Of a stretch of 64,000 nt of DNA, positions 36,643 through 51,600 are shown piece after piece. The first letter of the stretch is position 1. Every line of letters starts with the position of its first letter. The DNA lies in contig JAGIQG010000043.1 in assembly GCA_024679065.1 (NCBI GenBank), forward strand, positions 1,054,001 through 1,118,000, written 5' to 3'. A model generated the notes under the pieces. The model saw only the letters and a program-made list of their open reading frames with translations. It did no database searches and was not told the origin of the DNA. Both the position numbers and the translations under genes were made by a program. This stretch comes from Sphyrna mokarran. Taxonomy: Eukaryota.

Positions 36643-36961
36643 TCTACTACATGACCACGATGTAATTTGCATATTACTTCATGGTTTTAAATGGTGCAAA
36701 ATTTTATTTTTTTCTGAACGATGGAAATTAATGACAGAAAAATTGATGGTTGTTGTATTGTTGAACCACTTCGTTTTCTTTTCATTTGAAATGCATGTGA
36801 CCTCGCCTGTATGATCGCGTCAAATCAGGAATCAGATCATACATTTTTCCTTAATATCTATAATTTTCCCCTCACTCACATCACAAATCTACGATCAGTT
36901 AGGGGCCAAATCTAGCCCTGTTAGAATTTTGTACGTTTCTGCGAAGTTGCCTCTCACTCTT

Positions 36962-37006
36962 TCTTCTCCATTGAATGTAATCCGATTTGACATAATCTCA
37001 ACCTGC
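36962..37006. other. 45-bp spacer at the palindrome axis
   Basis: Flanked by a perfect stem of about 53 bp (36909-36961 / 37007-37059). Confidence 0.9.
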
Positions 37007-38477
37007 AAGAGTGAGAGGCAACTTCGCAGAAACGTACAAAATTCTAACAGGGCTAGATTGGCTTAACTGATTCGTAGATTTTGTGATGTGCTGCGTGGGA
37101 AAATTATAGATATTAAGGAAAATGTTATCTGATTTCTGATTTGACACGATTCATAACCTGGCGAGTCACATCCATTTCAAATGAAAACAAAAACGAAGTG
37201 GTTCAACAATTACAATTAAACCTCAATTTTATAATTTTCCATCGTTTCAAAAAAAAATGTTTGCACAGTTTAAACCATGAGTAATATGCAAATTACATCG
37301 TGGTCATGTAGTAGACCGGCACCGTGGCATAATGGTTAGCCTTGCTGCCTCACAGATCCAAGGAACCTGGGTTTGGAACCTGGCTTGGAACACTGACAGA
37401 GTTCAGGTTGCACAATCTCTCCGTGTCTCTGCAAGAGTCTTCTCGATGCTACAATTTCTCCCCTTAGTCTATAGATATGTAAGTCAAGTTGATTGGCCAT
37501 GGCAAATTACATTTAATGTGTTGATGCGTTCTGGAGTTAGTGCGATAAGTACAAGCAGTTAAAGACTAAGCCCTAAATAAGATGCTTTGTCGGAGAAACG
37601 GTGCCCACTCGATGGCACCAGTTGGCCTTTTCATTCACTGCAGGATTGTTTTTTATGCATGTAGCAGCTTGGCGCATGCTCAACAGTGTTAAGAGTCTTA
37701 GAAAACCGCATAGATGTGGACCCATAACGTTCAAAATAATTCCAAACCACCCTCCTGATGGATAATTGGAAGAGTTTTCCATAAGGATATTGGTTCAGGG
37801 AGACTTCAAAAAGACGATAAAGCTCATAAAGTTTAAGGCAAAAAAAACAGTTTGTGCTGTCCTCTGCAAAATCCATTACTCGTTCCATTTCTATTTTGGA
37901 AATCAGCCAGACATTTTCACAGCTGGATAGTCAGTGACGGCAAATGCTTCCACAACGTTCAGATCCTGACAAATGCCTATATCAGGGACATAGTCGTGAA
38001 GACTCCTCGCTGATAAGAATTTCCCTTCGTTATCCATTCTGAGGATGCCGACCTTTGATTGAAATAAATGATTTATCGTCATGAATCAATGACCACCATC
38101 CCTCCTAGCCTGAAAACGTGGTCAGCGTGTGACAAGGAAAGGGAAAAAGTGGGGGGAAAGAGCGATTCGGGACGTCTGGGAAATAGAGAAATACATGGGT
38201 AGACGTCGAACGGCACGGTGTGGTCAGAGCGAGAAATTGCAACAACCACAGCGAGTTTAACAAACTCAACCATGTTACATAATGACTTCATTCGATCTCC
38301 GTCAGGCAATTAGATTGTTGACTGTACATCAATTCCACATTCTCTTGATTCCCCATACATATCGATCTGTGTCTTCAATGAACATCCAGAATTCTTATTG
38401 CAGAACACCCCAAAAAGTCACAGATATATGAATGAAGGACTGTCCCTTCATTTCAGTCTGCACTCTGAGTCAATGGC

Positions 38478-40935
38478 CCAGAATATAGAACATAGAACAT
38501 TACAGCGCAGAACAGGCCCTTCGGCCTTCGAATGTTGCGCCGACCAATTATGAAAAAAGCAACGACCCTCCAAACTAAATCATTCCCTTCTCTTCCATAA
38601 ACTTATCAACTAACCACTTAAACGCCACCAAACTTGGCGCATCCACAACTGCTGCAGGCAGGGCATTCCACTCCCTAACCATCCTCTGGGTAAAGAACCT
38701 ACCTCTGATATCCGTCCTATAACTACCTCCACTTAATTTAAAACTGTGTCCCCTCGTGCTAGCTTTCTCCATCCTAGGAAAAAGGCTATCATTGTCCACC
38801 CTATCTAAACATCTAATCATCTTATATGTTTCGATAAGGTCTCCTCTTAGACGCCTCCTTTCTAACGAAAACAACCTCAAATCACTGAGCCTCTCCTCAT
38901 AAGACCTGCCCTCCATGCCAGGCAACATCCTGGAAAACCTCCTTTGTACCTTCTCCAATCCCTCCACATCTTTCTTATAATGTGGGGACCAGAACTGCAC
39001 ACAATACTCCAAGTGCGGCCGCACTAGAGTTTTGTACAGTTGCAAAATGTTGTTGCGACTCTGAAATTCAATCCCCCTACCAATAAAAGCTAAGACTCCG
39101 TATGCCTTCTTAACAACCTTATCGACATGACTGCCTACTTTCAGGGGTCTCTGCTCAAATACACCAAGATCCCTCTGTTCATCAACACTGTTAAGAATCC
39201 TACCATTAGCCCCATACTCTACACATTTATTATTTCTGCCATAGTGCATTACCTCACACTTTTCCACATTAAACTCCATTTGCCACCTCTCGGCCCAGCT
39301 CTGCAACTTGTCCAAGTCCCTCTGCAAACTATAACACCCCTCTTCACTATCTACCACTCCACCGACTTTAGTGTCATCTGCAAATTTACTAATCCATCCT
39401 TCAATACACTCATCCAGATCATTTATAAAAATTACAAACAGCAGGGGCCCCAAAACAGACCCCTGAGGTACACCACTTGTCACCGAACTCCAAGATGAAT
39501 ATCTCCCATCAACCACCACCCTCTGTCTTCTACCTGCTAGCCAATTCCTAACCCAATTAGCTAAATCACCCTCTATCCCATACATCTGCATTTTCTGCAG
39601 AAGCCTTCCATGGGACACCTTATCAAACGCCTTACTAAAGTCCATATATACCATATCAACCGCCTTACCCCCATCCACCTCTTTGGTCACTTTTTCAAAA
39701 AACTCAATAAGGTTAGTAAGGCACGACCTACCCTTCACAAAACCATGCTGACTATCCCCAATCAATTCATTTCTCTCTAAATAACTATAAATGCTATCCC
39801 TAATAATTCTCTACAATACTTGGCCCTCAACAGAAGTAAGACTCACCGGTCTACAATTCCCTGGAAAGTCTCTCTTCACCTTCTTGAACAATGGGACCAC
39901 ACTCGCTATCCTCCAGTCTTCCGGAACTATACCCGTAACCAACAACGACCTGAAGATCAGAGCCAGAGGCTCTGCAATCGCCTCTCTTGCCTCCCAGAGA
40001 ATCCTAGGGTAAATCCCGTCCGGCCCAGCGGACTTATCTAACTTCAAACCCTCAAGAATATCTAGCACACCCTCCCTATCTGCTTCAATAAATTCCAGTT
40101 TGCAACCCTGTACCTCAGTGTTCTCCACAACTACATTTACATCACCCTGCGTGAATACCAAGAGAAATATTTGTTCAGTGCCTTTCCAATCTCTTCAGGC
40201 TCCACGCACAACTTCCCACTGCTGTCTATGACTAGCCCTAACCTTGCCCTAACCAATCTTCTATTTTTAACATATCTAAGGAAAGCTTTAGGATTCTCCT
40301 TAATCCTATCAGCCAAAGTCTTCTCGTGTCCCCTCTTAGCTCTCCTCAACCCACTCATTAGCTCCCTCCTGGCTAATCTATTGCTATCCATTGCACTAAC
40401 CGAGCCTTCAAGCCTCATCCTGACATAAGCCTCTTTTTTCCTTTTAACCAGCGAATTAACTTTTTTCGTACACCAAGGTTCCCTTACTCGACCAATTCCT
40501 CCTTGCCTGACAGGGACATACTTATGAAGGACTCACAGCAGCTGCTCCTTGAATAAGTTCCACATTTCAGATGTTCCCAGTCCCTGTAGTTTCCTAGTCC
40601 AACCTATGCACCTTAATTCTCTGCTTATGGCCTCATAATTACCCTTACCCCAGCTATAACTACTGCCTCCAACTTCATGCCTATCCCTATCCATCACTAA
40701 GGTGAAAGTAACTGAATTGTGGTCACTATCACCAAAATGTTCACCAACTTCCAAGCCTAACACCTGGTCTGGCTCATTGCCCAGCACCAAATCCAATGTA
40801 GCCTCACCTCTAGTTGGCCTATCTACATACTGAGTCAAAAACCCTTCCTGCACACTTTGTACAAAAACTGACCCCTCCAGCGAGCTAGATTTATAGCTAT
40901 TCCAATCAATATTAGGCCTAATATTGGGCCTCGAT
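38478..40935 (-). mobile_element. CR1 LINE, mirror of 33030-35480, with a 396-aa open RT segment (38575-39765)
   Basis: QHGFVKGRSCLTNL, DFSKAFD, PQGSVLGP and FADD in one frame. Confidence 0.9.
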
Positions 40936-43900
40936 GTTATCGACTCACCAGCAAAGCATGAACAAGTTCTCAACCTCAATACTTAAATCGTAGCCCGAAT
41001 CTTTTCAATAACAGATATTCATTTCCTGAAGTCCACCTAACGTTGATCCGTTCTACTGAATGTGCTCAGACAGGACAAATCTTTCCTGCCAGACATGAAG
41101 CTTCAGAATCTTACTTGAAAGGCAAATGCAGCTTTCTGCTATAAAAAAGACAACTAAACGGCATTCAGTATTCTGGGCACAATCTGACTGACATAAGGTT
41201 TGCTTGCAGCAAGTATTTCTTACTATTTGATCATCATAAATACTCCAACCATTGCAGTAAATAGCAGCAAAGAAATGTGTTTTTTAATTGCTCGGGTACC
41301 TTCTGGTAAATATATGTTCTGCACAAGGACATGAAAGCTATCTGAATCATAAAATTATAGGACTTATGAATTTGAATCAGTGAGTCTATAATAGCAACAG
41401 TCCTCTCAAGGCCTATTTCTCATGAACCCAGGTTTTTACGCTGCTAATCTTCCTGACCGTAGTGGGAATTTTAGAAGGGCAAATCAATCCAAACTGCCCA
41501 TCTTTGGAAACTAAGGGGCAAATAAAATGGCCAGTCCACACAATAAGCACATGTTTGGTCTGTGAGTGGAAACTGAAGCATCAGTGGAAACCCACGCAGA
41601 CACGGGGAGAGGTGCAAACTCCACGCAGATGGTGACCCAAGGATGTAACTAAACAAAGGTCTCTGGCGCCGTGACGCAGCATTGCTGACCACTGTGCGAC
41701 TGTGCCGCTCATACTGAAATGTCAGAATGTCCTAATCCGACAAGTTCTACAAGAATCCTGATTTTCAGATCTTTCCACTCGAGTGAATACTTTCACATGT
41801 TTCAATATCACATACCACCGTCCACTTAATTAGTCAATTAATTACGTTTAGAGTTAGAACGGGAAGTGGAACCAGATATCCTCAAGCTTGTAACAACAGC
41901 TGTGGGGAATTTATTACGATCTGCTGTCATACCTAATATGAACATATACTTCACCGAAATGAACTGAGTAGAGAGTGCAACGAAAGTTTCATTAAAGTGG
42001 AGTCCTGACTGATGAGTATAATTGAAAATACTTCGGAATTTACTATCCAGTGAGATAGCAAATTCTCTCTTAATGATAACCACATGATTCTCCCACAAGG
42101 TGACCAATAGGCGATTATTGTCAAACTCCGCACTGCATGGAGTTAGAACTTTCAGGTTGTGGTTGCAAATTGATTGATAGGTTTGGAACAGAGAGTAAAG
42201 CAAAACGATTCCCGGGTTGTGGGGAGTGCCCTTCATCAATGACGATTTGAGGTACATTTGCTCTTTTTCCATATTTGATGATGATTGTGATGACAGAACT
42301 GAGAGTTGCATATTTGTGATTTTGTGTAATTGGCTCAGAAAGAACGTGAACACATGCAAGGCGGGAACGGTAAGTTCGAAACTGACTCGTTAAAGTGGTG
42401 AGCGAGCTGATTTTTAGTGGGGTGCGGGCAGAGTTCGCAAACCAACATTACAAACTCTCCTGTTCCCATGGTCCTGGAGTAGGTGGCAAAATTTCCAATA
42501 TGAAATAATCATGTTTGTCAACTGTTCATAGAAACAGAGACAAAAAAATGAGCAGGCCATTCAGCCCTTCTAGCCTGCTCCACCATTCATTTAGTTCGTG
42601 GCTTATCATCGCATAACATATACTGATCCCCCCTCCCCCAATTCCTTTCATCCCTTTAGCCATAAATCGAACTTATTCTTGAAATCAGGCATCACTTTGG
42701 CCTCAGCTACTTTCTCTGGGTGAATAAACGTCCCCTCCTTTCTAAGTGGTTTGCCCAAACTCCTCAAAATTTGATTACTTGTTCGTGACTCCCCTACCAT
42801 GGGGGCATTCTTTCTGAATCTACCCTGTCTACACCTGTTGAAATTTTATATGATTCTATAAGATCCCCTTTCACTCATCTGTACTCCAGTGAATATGGTA
42901 CTGACGGGATAAGTCTCTCTTGAAATGACAGAACGGCAACCCAAGAATCTACCTGGTAAACCGTTGTTCTACTCCCTCTTTCACAAGATCCCTATACAAT
43001 AAACACATAGAGCCGTCACGAAGGATATACAGGATTGGGGTTTTTGGATGGTAGGGAGTAAATAGGCGAGACGATGGCCGAGTGGCATTCTCGCTAGTAA
43101 TCGAGAAACTCAGCTAATATTCTGGGGACCCGGGTTCGAATACCGTCATGGCTGAAGGTGGAATTTGAATTCAAGAAAAAAAGAAGCAAGTGCAACTAAA
43201 CATCTACTGATGTCCGTTAAACCATTGTCGACTATTAAAAAACAAAAAAAAATGTTTTTTTAATGCCCTTTATGGAAAGGAATCTTCTATCCTTACCAAA
43301 TTTGTCTTATATTGAACTCCAGAGCCACAGCAATGTTGTTGAGTCTCAACTGCCCTGGGGCAACTAATGAGGTACAAGAAATGCTCAGCAACTAGACACC
43401 CCCATGTCTGAAGCTAAACAAAAAGAAAGTAGGTGCATATCTAGAGATTAATTATGCGTGGTAATAATATGAACAACAACCATGTGGGCAAACCTATATA
43501 TATATACATCAATGAAACCCTTACAAGTGTGCATAAGTGCCTTGGCGATGAAGTTTTCCAAACCTTGGGAACCTTCCGACTTGCTTATACACCCACATGT
43601 TGTAACTCAAGAGCAAAGATAACTAGGCCCCGTTGTCTGGTCACAATTGCCAATTTCTCATTTAAGAAACGACCTGCCTTTGTTATTATTTGTCAAAGTG
43701 AAAGCTGACATTCATTCACTCCCGGGAGGGCATTTTGCTACTCCGTACGCATAGCATAATTCGAAAGAGGAGTGTCAAAATGGTTACATTGTAGCACTGA
43801 GCATAGAAACAGGTGTTGGCCATTCAGCCATTCAAACCTTTTCCATCATTCATTTTGTTCATGGGTAATCATCAAATTCATGCCCTGACCTCGCCTGACT

Positions 43901-46275
43901 TCCATATCCCTTAAATTCTGGATTCCCAAGAGATATACCTAGTATCGTCTAGAAATAACACTATGTTTTTGTGTCAACAACTTTCTGTGGCAGTTAAGTC
44001 TACATATTCACGGCTCTCTGAGTGAAGAGATGTCTCCTTAGCTCAGTGCTAAAAGATGAACACTTACCTTCAAAATATGAACACTAGATCTGGACTCCCC
44101 CACCATCGGAAACTTGCTTTCTGCATCCACCATCACAAACTGATGAAAAAATTCATACGTTTCCATGAGATTCCTTGTCAGTCTTCCAAATTCCAGTGAA
44201 TATAATCGTATATGATATATAGGATGTGGAGTCTATCGAGAGGGTGCAGAGGGGATTTACAAGGATGTTGTCTGGATTGGGAGGCATGCCTTATGAAGAT
44301 AGGTTGAGGGAGCTCAGTCTCTTCTCCCTGGAGAGACGAAGGTTGAAAGGCGACCCGATAGAGGTTTTTAAAATATTGAGAGCATTGGAAAGAGTGGATT
44401 CTCGGAGGTTATTTCCCAGGGCTGTAATGGTCACTATGAGAGGACACAGGTTTAAGGTGCTGGGCAGCAAGTACAGAAGAGCTGTTGCAGGGTAGGTTTT
44501 TTTTTACGCAGAGGGTGGTGAGTGATTGGAATTGACTGCCGTCGGTGGCGGTGGAGGCGTAACTCGCTGGGGCCTTTTAAAAGACTTCTGGATGAGTATA
44601 TGGATTAAATAGGATTGGGCGTTACAGATAATTCTGTGGCACAATATGTATGGTTATGATCGACACAACTTGTGGGGCGAAGGGCCTGTTTGTGCTGTAG
44701 TGTTGTATGTTCTATGTTCTATCTCTTTTTTCATGTGACAGACCTGCCATCTCACGAATCAGCCTGGTGAACTTTCGCTGCGCCTCTCTATATCTTTCCT
44801 TAGACAAGGACACCACAAATGCACAAAATATTCCAGGTGTGGCGTACCAACGCCCAATGCAATTGTTGAAAAACTTCCCTATCCATATACTTAAATCCCC
44901 TCGCTATGAAGGCTAGCATACCATTTTCCTCCTTTAATTCTCGCTCTACCTACGCACTTTGTTTCTGTGACTGATGCCCGAGGAAACCAAGGTCTCATTG
45001 AGTATCTACTTCTGTTAAGTTACACTTATTCAAATAATATACTGCCTCCCTATTTTTGCTACCAAGGTGGACTAACTCACATTTATCTACATTATAAACA
45101 TCGGCTAATTGTATGCACACACCTCTTGATCCATCACTCTGAAGTGAATCAGAACAATTTGAATCAAAGTGTGTAAATGTTATGAGAAACGATAAGACTT
45201 TGTACTAATATTTACTCTGATCAAGGAGGAGACGTTGGCCTCGTTATATTATCCTGAATTATTAATCCTGAAATTCAGCTAATGTTCTCAGGGTCCGGAT
45301 TTGATCTTCATCTCGGGAAGTGCTGGCAAATGCAACTGTATGAAGCTCCGATTAAGCCGCATTTGGAGTATTGCATTCAATTCTGGTCGCCGCAGTATAG
45401 GCAGGACGTAGTTGCTTTGGAAAAGTTGCAGAAGAGGTTGACCAGTGATGCTGCCTAGATTAGGCCGTTTAAGCTATAAATATTGGCAAACAGGTTTAAG
45501 ATTTATTTTAAAGAGACTCAAAGGCAGAGCGGTTCAGGGATAGAGCTCCAGAACTGAGGTCCGTGTCAGCTTACCACAAAGCAGGAAAGATGGGGTGATG
45601 GAAATTGGCGGATGTGAGACGCACCAAAATCAATTTCAGTCCCTTTCTCGGAGTCCACTTTGAAGATTAAATTAGACATTTTCTTAGGGGTAAAGGAAGC
45701 AAGGGATATGGTGAGTGGGTGACAGCGGTCAGGGAGGTGGGAGGACGAGGTGAGGGGTGGCTGGAGGAGAGAGGATCAGGATATTGAATGGGATCATGAG
45801 CCATAATCAAAATGAATGGCAGAACTCGAATTTCCGAGTGGCCTACACTTATTTCCAGTTCGTGAGTGTCTAAATCATAACAGATTTATGATCTGGATTT
45901 CTTATTCTCAATTCTGTTCTTGAAACTTTGGCAGTTGATCCGTGTCGTTACATCCGTGCAATGTCGAGGGAATACCACATTGTGGCTGAGATGCTGTTTT
46001 TTTTAGCAGGAGACATTTTGGGCCGATGTCAAAGTGTAAAATGAAACTATATTAGAAGAAAGTTAAGACAGGATTCTGGACTAATGTTTATTTCTTATGA
46101 GGAGGAAGTGGTGGTCTCGTAGTGTTTTCGTTGGACTTTTGATCTAGAAATGTAGCCAATGATTTGCGGCCCGTGCCCGATTCATCCCTGATACTGGTCG
46201 TTTCAGTTGTTTTTTAACTTTGATGGGCCCCAATTTGTAGCATTGTTTTTAATTCTGGCCGCCACATTGCATGAA

Positions 46276-48687
46276 GTTCAAAGCAACTGGGAACGGAGAG
46301 AGCGCTGGTGGAATATAGAGAAAGCCGGAGGGAGCTCAGATGGGGAGTTAGAAGGACAAAAGGGAGGGCATGAAATGGTTTTGGCAGATAGGATTAAGGG
46401 CATCCAACGGCTTCTTACTCCTATGTTAGGAATAAAAGAGTGGTTAGAGGAAATATCGGTCCACTTAGGGACAGAAGAGGGGAACTATGCTTAGAGTCTG
46501 AGGGAATGGGAGCGATTCTGAATGAATACTTTGCGTCAGTATTCACGAAGGAGAGGGCTTGTTGACCGGTCCTGTCTCCGAGGGAGCTGTAGGCAAGTTA
46601 AAGGCAATATCCATACCGAGGGAGGAAGTATCAGAGCTTCCAGGGAGCATTAAAACTGATAAATCTCCAGGACCTGATGGCATTTATCCCAGGCTGCTTA
46701 GGGAGGCACGAGGTGAAATTGCTGGGCCTCTGACCCAAATTTTTGTCTCTGTTTTGGACGCAGGTGAGATCCGATAAGACTGGAGAATAGCCAATGTTGT
46801 ACCTTTGTTTAAAAAGAGTAGTAGGTGTAACTCTGGAAATTGTAGGCCAGTGAATTTGACGTGAGTGGTAGGGAAGCTGATTCAGGGGATTCTTAGAAAT
46901 AAGGTAGAGTTTTGCGATCTGATTAGGGATAGGCAGCATGGCTTTGTTCATGGGAGGTCGTGCCTTACGAATCTGGTAGAATTTTCTGAGGAGGTGACAA
47001 AAACGCCGATGAAGGGCGACCCATTTATATCGTCTGCATGGATTTCAGCAAGGTCAAAGTCCCTCATAGGAGGTTAGTTAAAAAGGTCAAGGCTAATGGA
47101 ACACAAAGAAAGGTATCTAGATAGATAAGTAACTGGCGTGGTAATAGGAGACAAAGAGTAATAGTGGAAGGGTTTTTTTTTTCTTAGCTAGAGGCCGGTC
47201 ACTAGTGTTGTGCTACAGGGCTCGGTACCATATTTCTCGGTACTTCTATTTGTAATATATATAAATGACTTGGAAGAGGGAGTAAGTGGAGTGATCAGCA
47301 AGTTTGCAGACGATACAAAGATGGCTGGACTTGCGGATTGTGAGGAGCATTGTCAGGTGATACAGCAGGATATAGATAGGCTGGTAGCTTGGGAGATAGA
47401 TGGCAGATGGAATTCAATCCTGATAAATGCGAGGTGATGCATTTTGGGAGAAAGAATCTAGAGCGGAGGTACATGGTAAAGAGTAGCCTTATTAAGAATA
47501 TAGAAACGCAGAGGGACATGGGGGTGCAGGTGCACAAGTCTCTGAAGGTGGCAGAGCAGGTGGAGAAGGTTCTGAAGAAAGCATATGATATGCTCACCTT
47601 TATAGGAAGTGATTTAGAGTACAAGAGCTGGTCTTTAATGTTGCAAGTGTATAGAATTTTGGTTCGATCTCATTTGGAATATTGCAACCAGTTCTCGTCA
47701 TCTTACTACTAGAAGGACGTGGACACTCCAGAGAGAGTGCAGAGGAGGTTTACCAGGATGCTGCATAGCATTGAAGGACTGTGTTGCAAGGAGAGGGTCG
47801 GCAAATTGGGGCTGATTTTTTTTCGAAAGATTGCCAGGAGATCCAAAAGAGGTGTACACGATAATGAGGCGTACAGATAGAATAAACAGTGGTAAGCGTT
47901 TTCCTATGTTGGAATCAAATATAACGAGGGTTCACGGCCGTAGGGTGAGAGGGGTAAGATATAATTCGGATGCTATAGAGAGTTTTTTTTTTCACACAGA
48001 GGGTTGTGGGTGTATGGAAGACACTGCCAAGTAAGATGGTGGAGGCAGGCACGCTGGAGTTAGTTTTGAAATACTTCGATGGGCACAGTACAGAATGGGG
48101 ATGGACGGATGTAGAAGACTGATTTAAAATAGGGATCATGAGCCTTAAGAGTTCCCTGAGAATGGAGCACATTATGAATGATATTGATCTTTTTCTGTTT
48201 TATCCTACAGGTACTTCGGTCCACCTTGGTGTCCAACAAGGGGCATGCACGCGATGGATCGTGAGAGGGCTGCTCTTGGATTTTTCGATCGTATCCTAGC
48301 ACTTCCCGTCGTTACTGTAGGCTGGAACTGGACTAGTTCATGGGCAACACGACAGCTCAGTGACTCTCACTGTGTTCTGCAGATACATGGAATTGGCACT
48401 GTGTCTGTGGGAGTTTGCACATTCCCCACCATGCTAACGTGGGTTTTCTTCGGGTGCTTCGGTTTCCTCCCACATCCCAAAGATGTGCTCTTAGGCTGAT
48501 TGGCAGAAGAAATTCTCCCTGAATTGTCTCACAGATTTGGTTCCAAAGCAGATTGTTATACCAATGCAGGTTTCTATAAACATAGACAAGGATCATGGGT
48601 GGAAGTGAGAACGTCGAGGTGGCAGCGCGGACTCTTTGGCTCGGAGGGCCTGTTTCCCATGCCGCTTTGTTGTTTGCTCTTTTTTAA
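46276..48687 (+). mobile_element. Decayed CR1 LINE, uninterrupted mirror of 23655-27680 (holds the empty target site at 46842/46843)
   Basis: Continuous ..GTAACTCTGGAAATTGTAGGCCAGTG.. (the LINE PGNYRPVSL-like region). Confidence 0.88.
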
Positions 48688-51600
48688 TAACTCTGTGCTC
48701 TCCTATGCAAAACCAAATACTGGTGCCAACCATATTTTGGACATCAGCCAGACATTTTCTCAATTAGATAGTCAATGGCGGCATTTGTTTCCACAATTTT
48801 CATCATCCAGCAAAGAACTGCATCAGGATCAGACTCGTGAAGAACCCTCACCAATAAGAATTTCCACCCCCTTTCCATTCTGAGCATGCCTTCTTTTGGC
48901 TTTTTGATTTAAATAAATGACTTGTCATCATGAATCAATGGTGGACACAACTCTATGCATGGGAAAGTGTCGAGTGTTTGACAAGGTAAGGGAAAAGGAG
49001 AAACGAAAAGGGAATAGGCAATAATTCCCTTCGGGAGGACTGAATAATAGAGAAATGCATGGGCATGTTCATAGAACATAGAACATTACAGTGCAGAACA
49101 GGCCCTTCGGCCCTCGATGTTGCGCCAACCAATTAGGAACAAGCAGTGACCCTCTAAACTAATCCATTCCCTTTTCATCCATAAAATTATCTACTAACCT
49201 CTTAAACGCCACCAAACTTGGCGCATCTACAACTGACTCAGGCAAGGCATTTTCAAGCGGCACTGTGTGGTCAGGGCGAGGAATTGTAACAATCACGTGA
49301 GTTTAACATACTGAATTATGTTAAATAAAGACTTACGTTCTTCTCCATCAGACAACTAAAATCTGACTCGACATTAACTTCATATTGACTTGATTCCTCG
49401 CGAACGCGAATTTCTGCCTTCAATGTTCCCGACGATTGAACAACCAAAATTCCCTGGAGCAGAACATCTCAAATGCTCGCAGATCTATGAATGAAGAACT
49501 GTCCGCTAATTTCAGTCTTTATCTTGAGACTATGACCGCGCTGTTCAAGACTCCGCAGCGAGGCACAAACAAGTTCTGAATCTTATTCCTGAGATCCCAG
49601 CTTGAATTTTATCATTTAATAACAATACTCTTCTGAACTGCAACTAATGTCGATCCATTCTAAGGCCTCTCTCCAGATCGGACAAGCCTTTTTTTCTGCC
49701 AGAAATCAAACAATCGAAATCTTACCTGAAATGCAAACGCAGCTTTCCTCAGTTAAAGACAACTAAACGGCACTCAGCATTCTTGGCATAATCTCAGTGA
49801 CTTGCGGTTTGTTTGCAACATGGATTTCTTGCTCTTCGATCTCAAGAAGTACACCCAACATTACAATAAATACGAACCGTATAATGGATTTCCAAACTGC
49901 TTGAATACCTTCTGATAAACCTCTGGACTGCACAAGAACATTCAAGCTATCTGAATTATAAAATCGTAGAATCCCGACTATGCATTTGTCTCACGGAGCT
50001 GCACCGGCAGCAACCCCCTCCAAGCCCATTTCCCGTAAACCTAGTATTTACCCTTCTAATCTTCGTAACTCGAAGGGGCAATTCGGCAGGGGAAATCAAT
50101 CTAACCTGTCCATCTTCGGACATTGAAGGGCAAATAAGAATGGTCATCGATCTCAACAGCACATTTTTGATGTGGAGGAGGAAATTGAAGTACTGGTGAA
50201 AACCCACGCAGAAGGGAAATAAGGTGCAAACTCCACATAGATGGGTCACCCAAAGATGTATTTAAAGCAGTATCCCCGCGGCAGCGAGGCAGCAGTGCTG
50301 GCCACAGTGCCACTGTGCAGCTCAGACTGGAATATCAGAATGTCCCAACCCTTCAAGTTTGAAAAATACCTTGACTCTCGGATCTTTCCTCTTGAGTGGA
50401 AAGTTTTGCATTTTTCAATATTATGCACCATCTGCCACTGAAATAACCTATTAATTGTGATTAGGGTTAAAACGGAAAATGAAAGCAGATATCTTCAAGA
50501 CTGCAACAATATCTGTGGATAGTTTTTTTTTCGGATCTGCTGTCATACCCTAACATGAGCCAACATTTCACCAAAATAAACTGTGTAGAGAGTGCAACTG
50601 CACTTTAATTAAAGTGTAATCTTATGTGATGAATATATTTGAAATTTCTATGGAGTTTACTAACCAGTAAGACAGTAAATTATCTCTGACTGCTAAGCAC
50701 GTGACTCTTCCACAAGATAGTCACGAGACGATTATTGCCAAACTCCGCAAAACATGGGATCAGAACTACCATATTGTGGTTGCCATTTGATTGAGAGGTT
50801 GGGAACAAAAACTGAAGGCAAAAAAGATTGCCAGTTTGTGGGGAGTGCCTTTCAACAGTGAAGATTTGAGGCAGATTGTTCTTTGACCATATTTAATAAT
50901 GGCACAGTTGGAAGATTTGAGAGTTGTATGCTTGTGATTTTTCGTAATCAGTTCAGAGGTGACGTGAATACGTGGAGGGAAATAAGTTCCAAATGGACTC
51001 GTAAAAGTGTAGCAAGGTGGAGTGTGGGAGCGCTTGGCAGACCGACTTTGCAAGCCCTCCTTTTCCCATTTTTTGGACTAGGGGGTGAAAGTTCCGATAT
51101 GCAATTATCATCTCTGTCAACTGGTCATAGAAACATATCCAACAAAAACCCAGCATGGATTCAATTGGCAAATAGTCTCTTTCTGAGCTGTATCATTCTA
51201 TGATGTTATGCAACGCGTTGACGGTTCGGGGTAATCTAAAATATATATGGGCTGAAGACCTTCTGTAGGGAATCTACGATGTCTCTATAATTTGTGATTC
51301 TTTTAGTGTGACCTGACTACGCCCCTGCCAGAAGGAAGATTTCTCGAAAATCCCATAGCGTCTTGGAAACAATATGAAACCAATAGGGATTCCCTTCAAA
51401 CAACTGAAATTTCCCCCTGCATTCGCCAAAGGGAGGATCCAGTTTTCACTGCAAATGATTGGACGTTGTGTTTTGGATATTACATTGGAACGGTGTTCTT
51501 CAAATTTGAAGAAGCATTGAGCGAGGCTAAGAAAATTTCCTGAATTCCATTGAAAATATTCAGACAATTGTACCTCTCAAATTGTTCACAGGAACTATAC

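Larger units (their letters stand above)
8344..36961. repeat. Left arm of the giant inverted duplication (may extend further left; its partner runs off the window)
   Basis: ORFs recur as reverse complements with constant coordinate sums: 72342-72344 outside the 1614-bp insertion, about 73955-73960 inside it. Confidence 0.97.

Noticed and set aside
36950-37018. PacBio SMRTbell adapter at the palindrome axis
   Set aside because: Similar length and a CTCTC..GAGAG look, but the loop does not match the adapter's CCTCCTCC/GTTGTTGTT pattern; not supportable.
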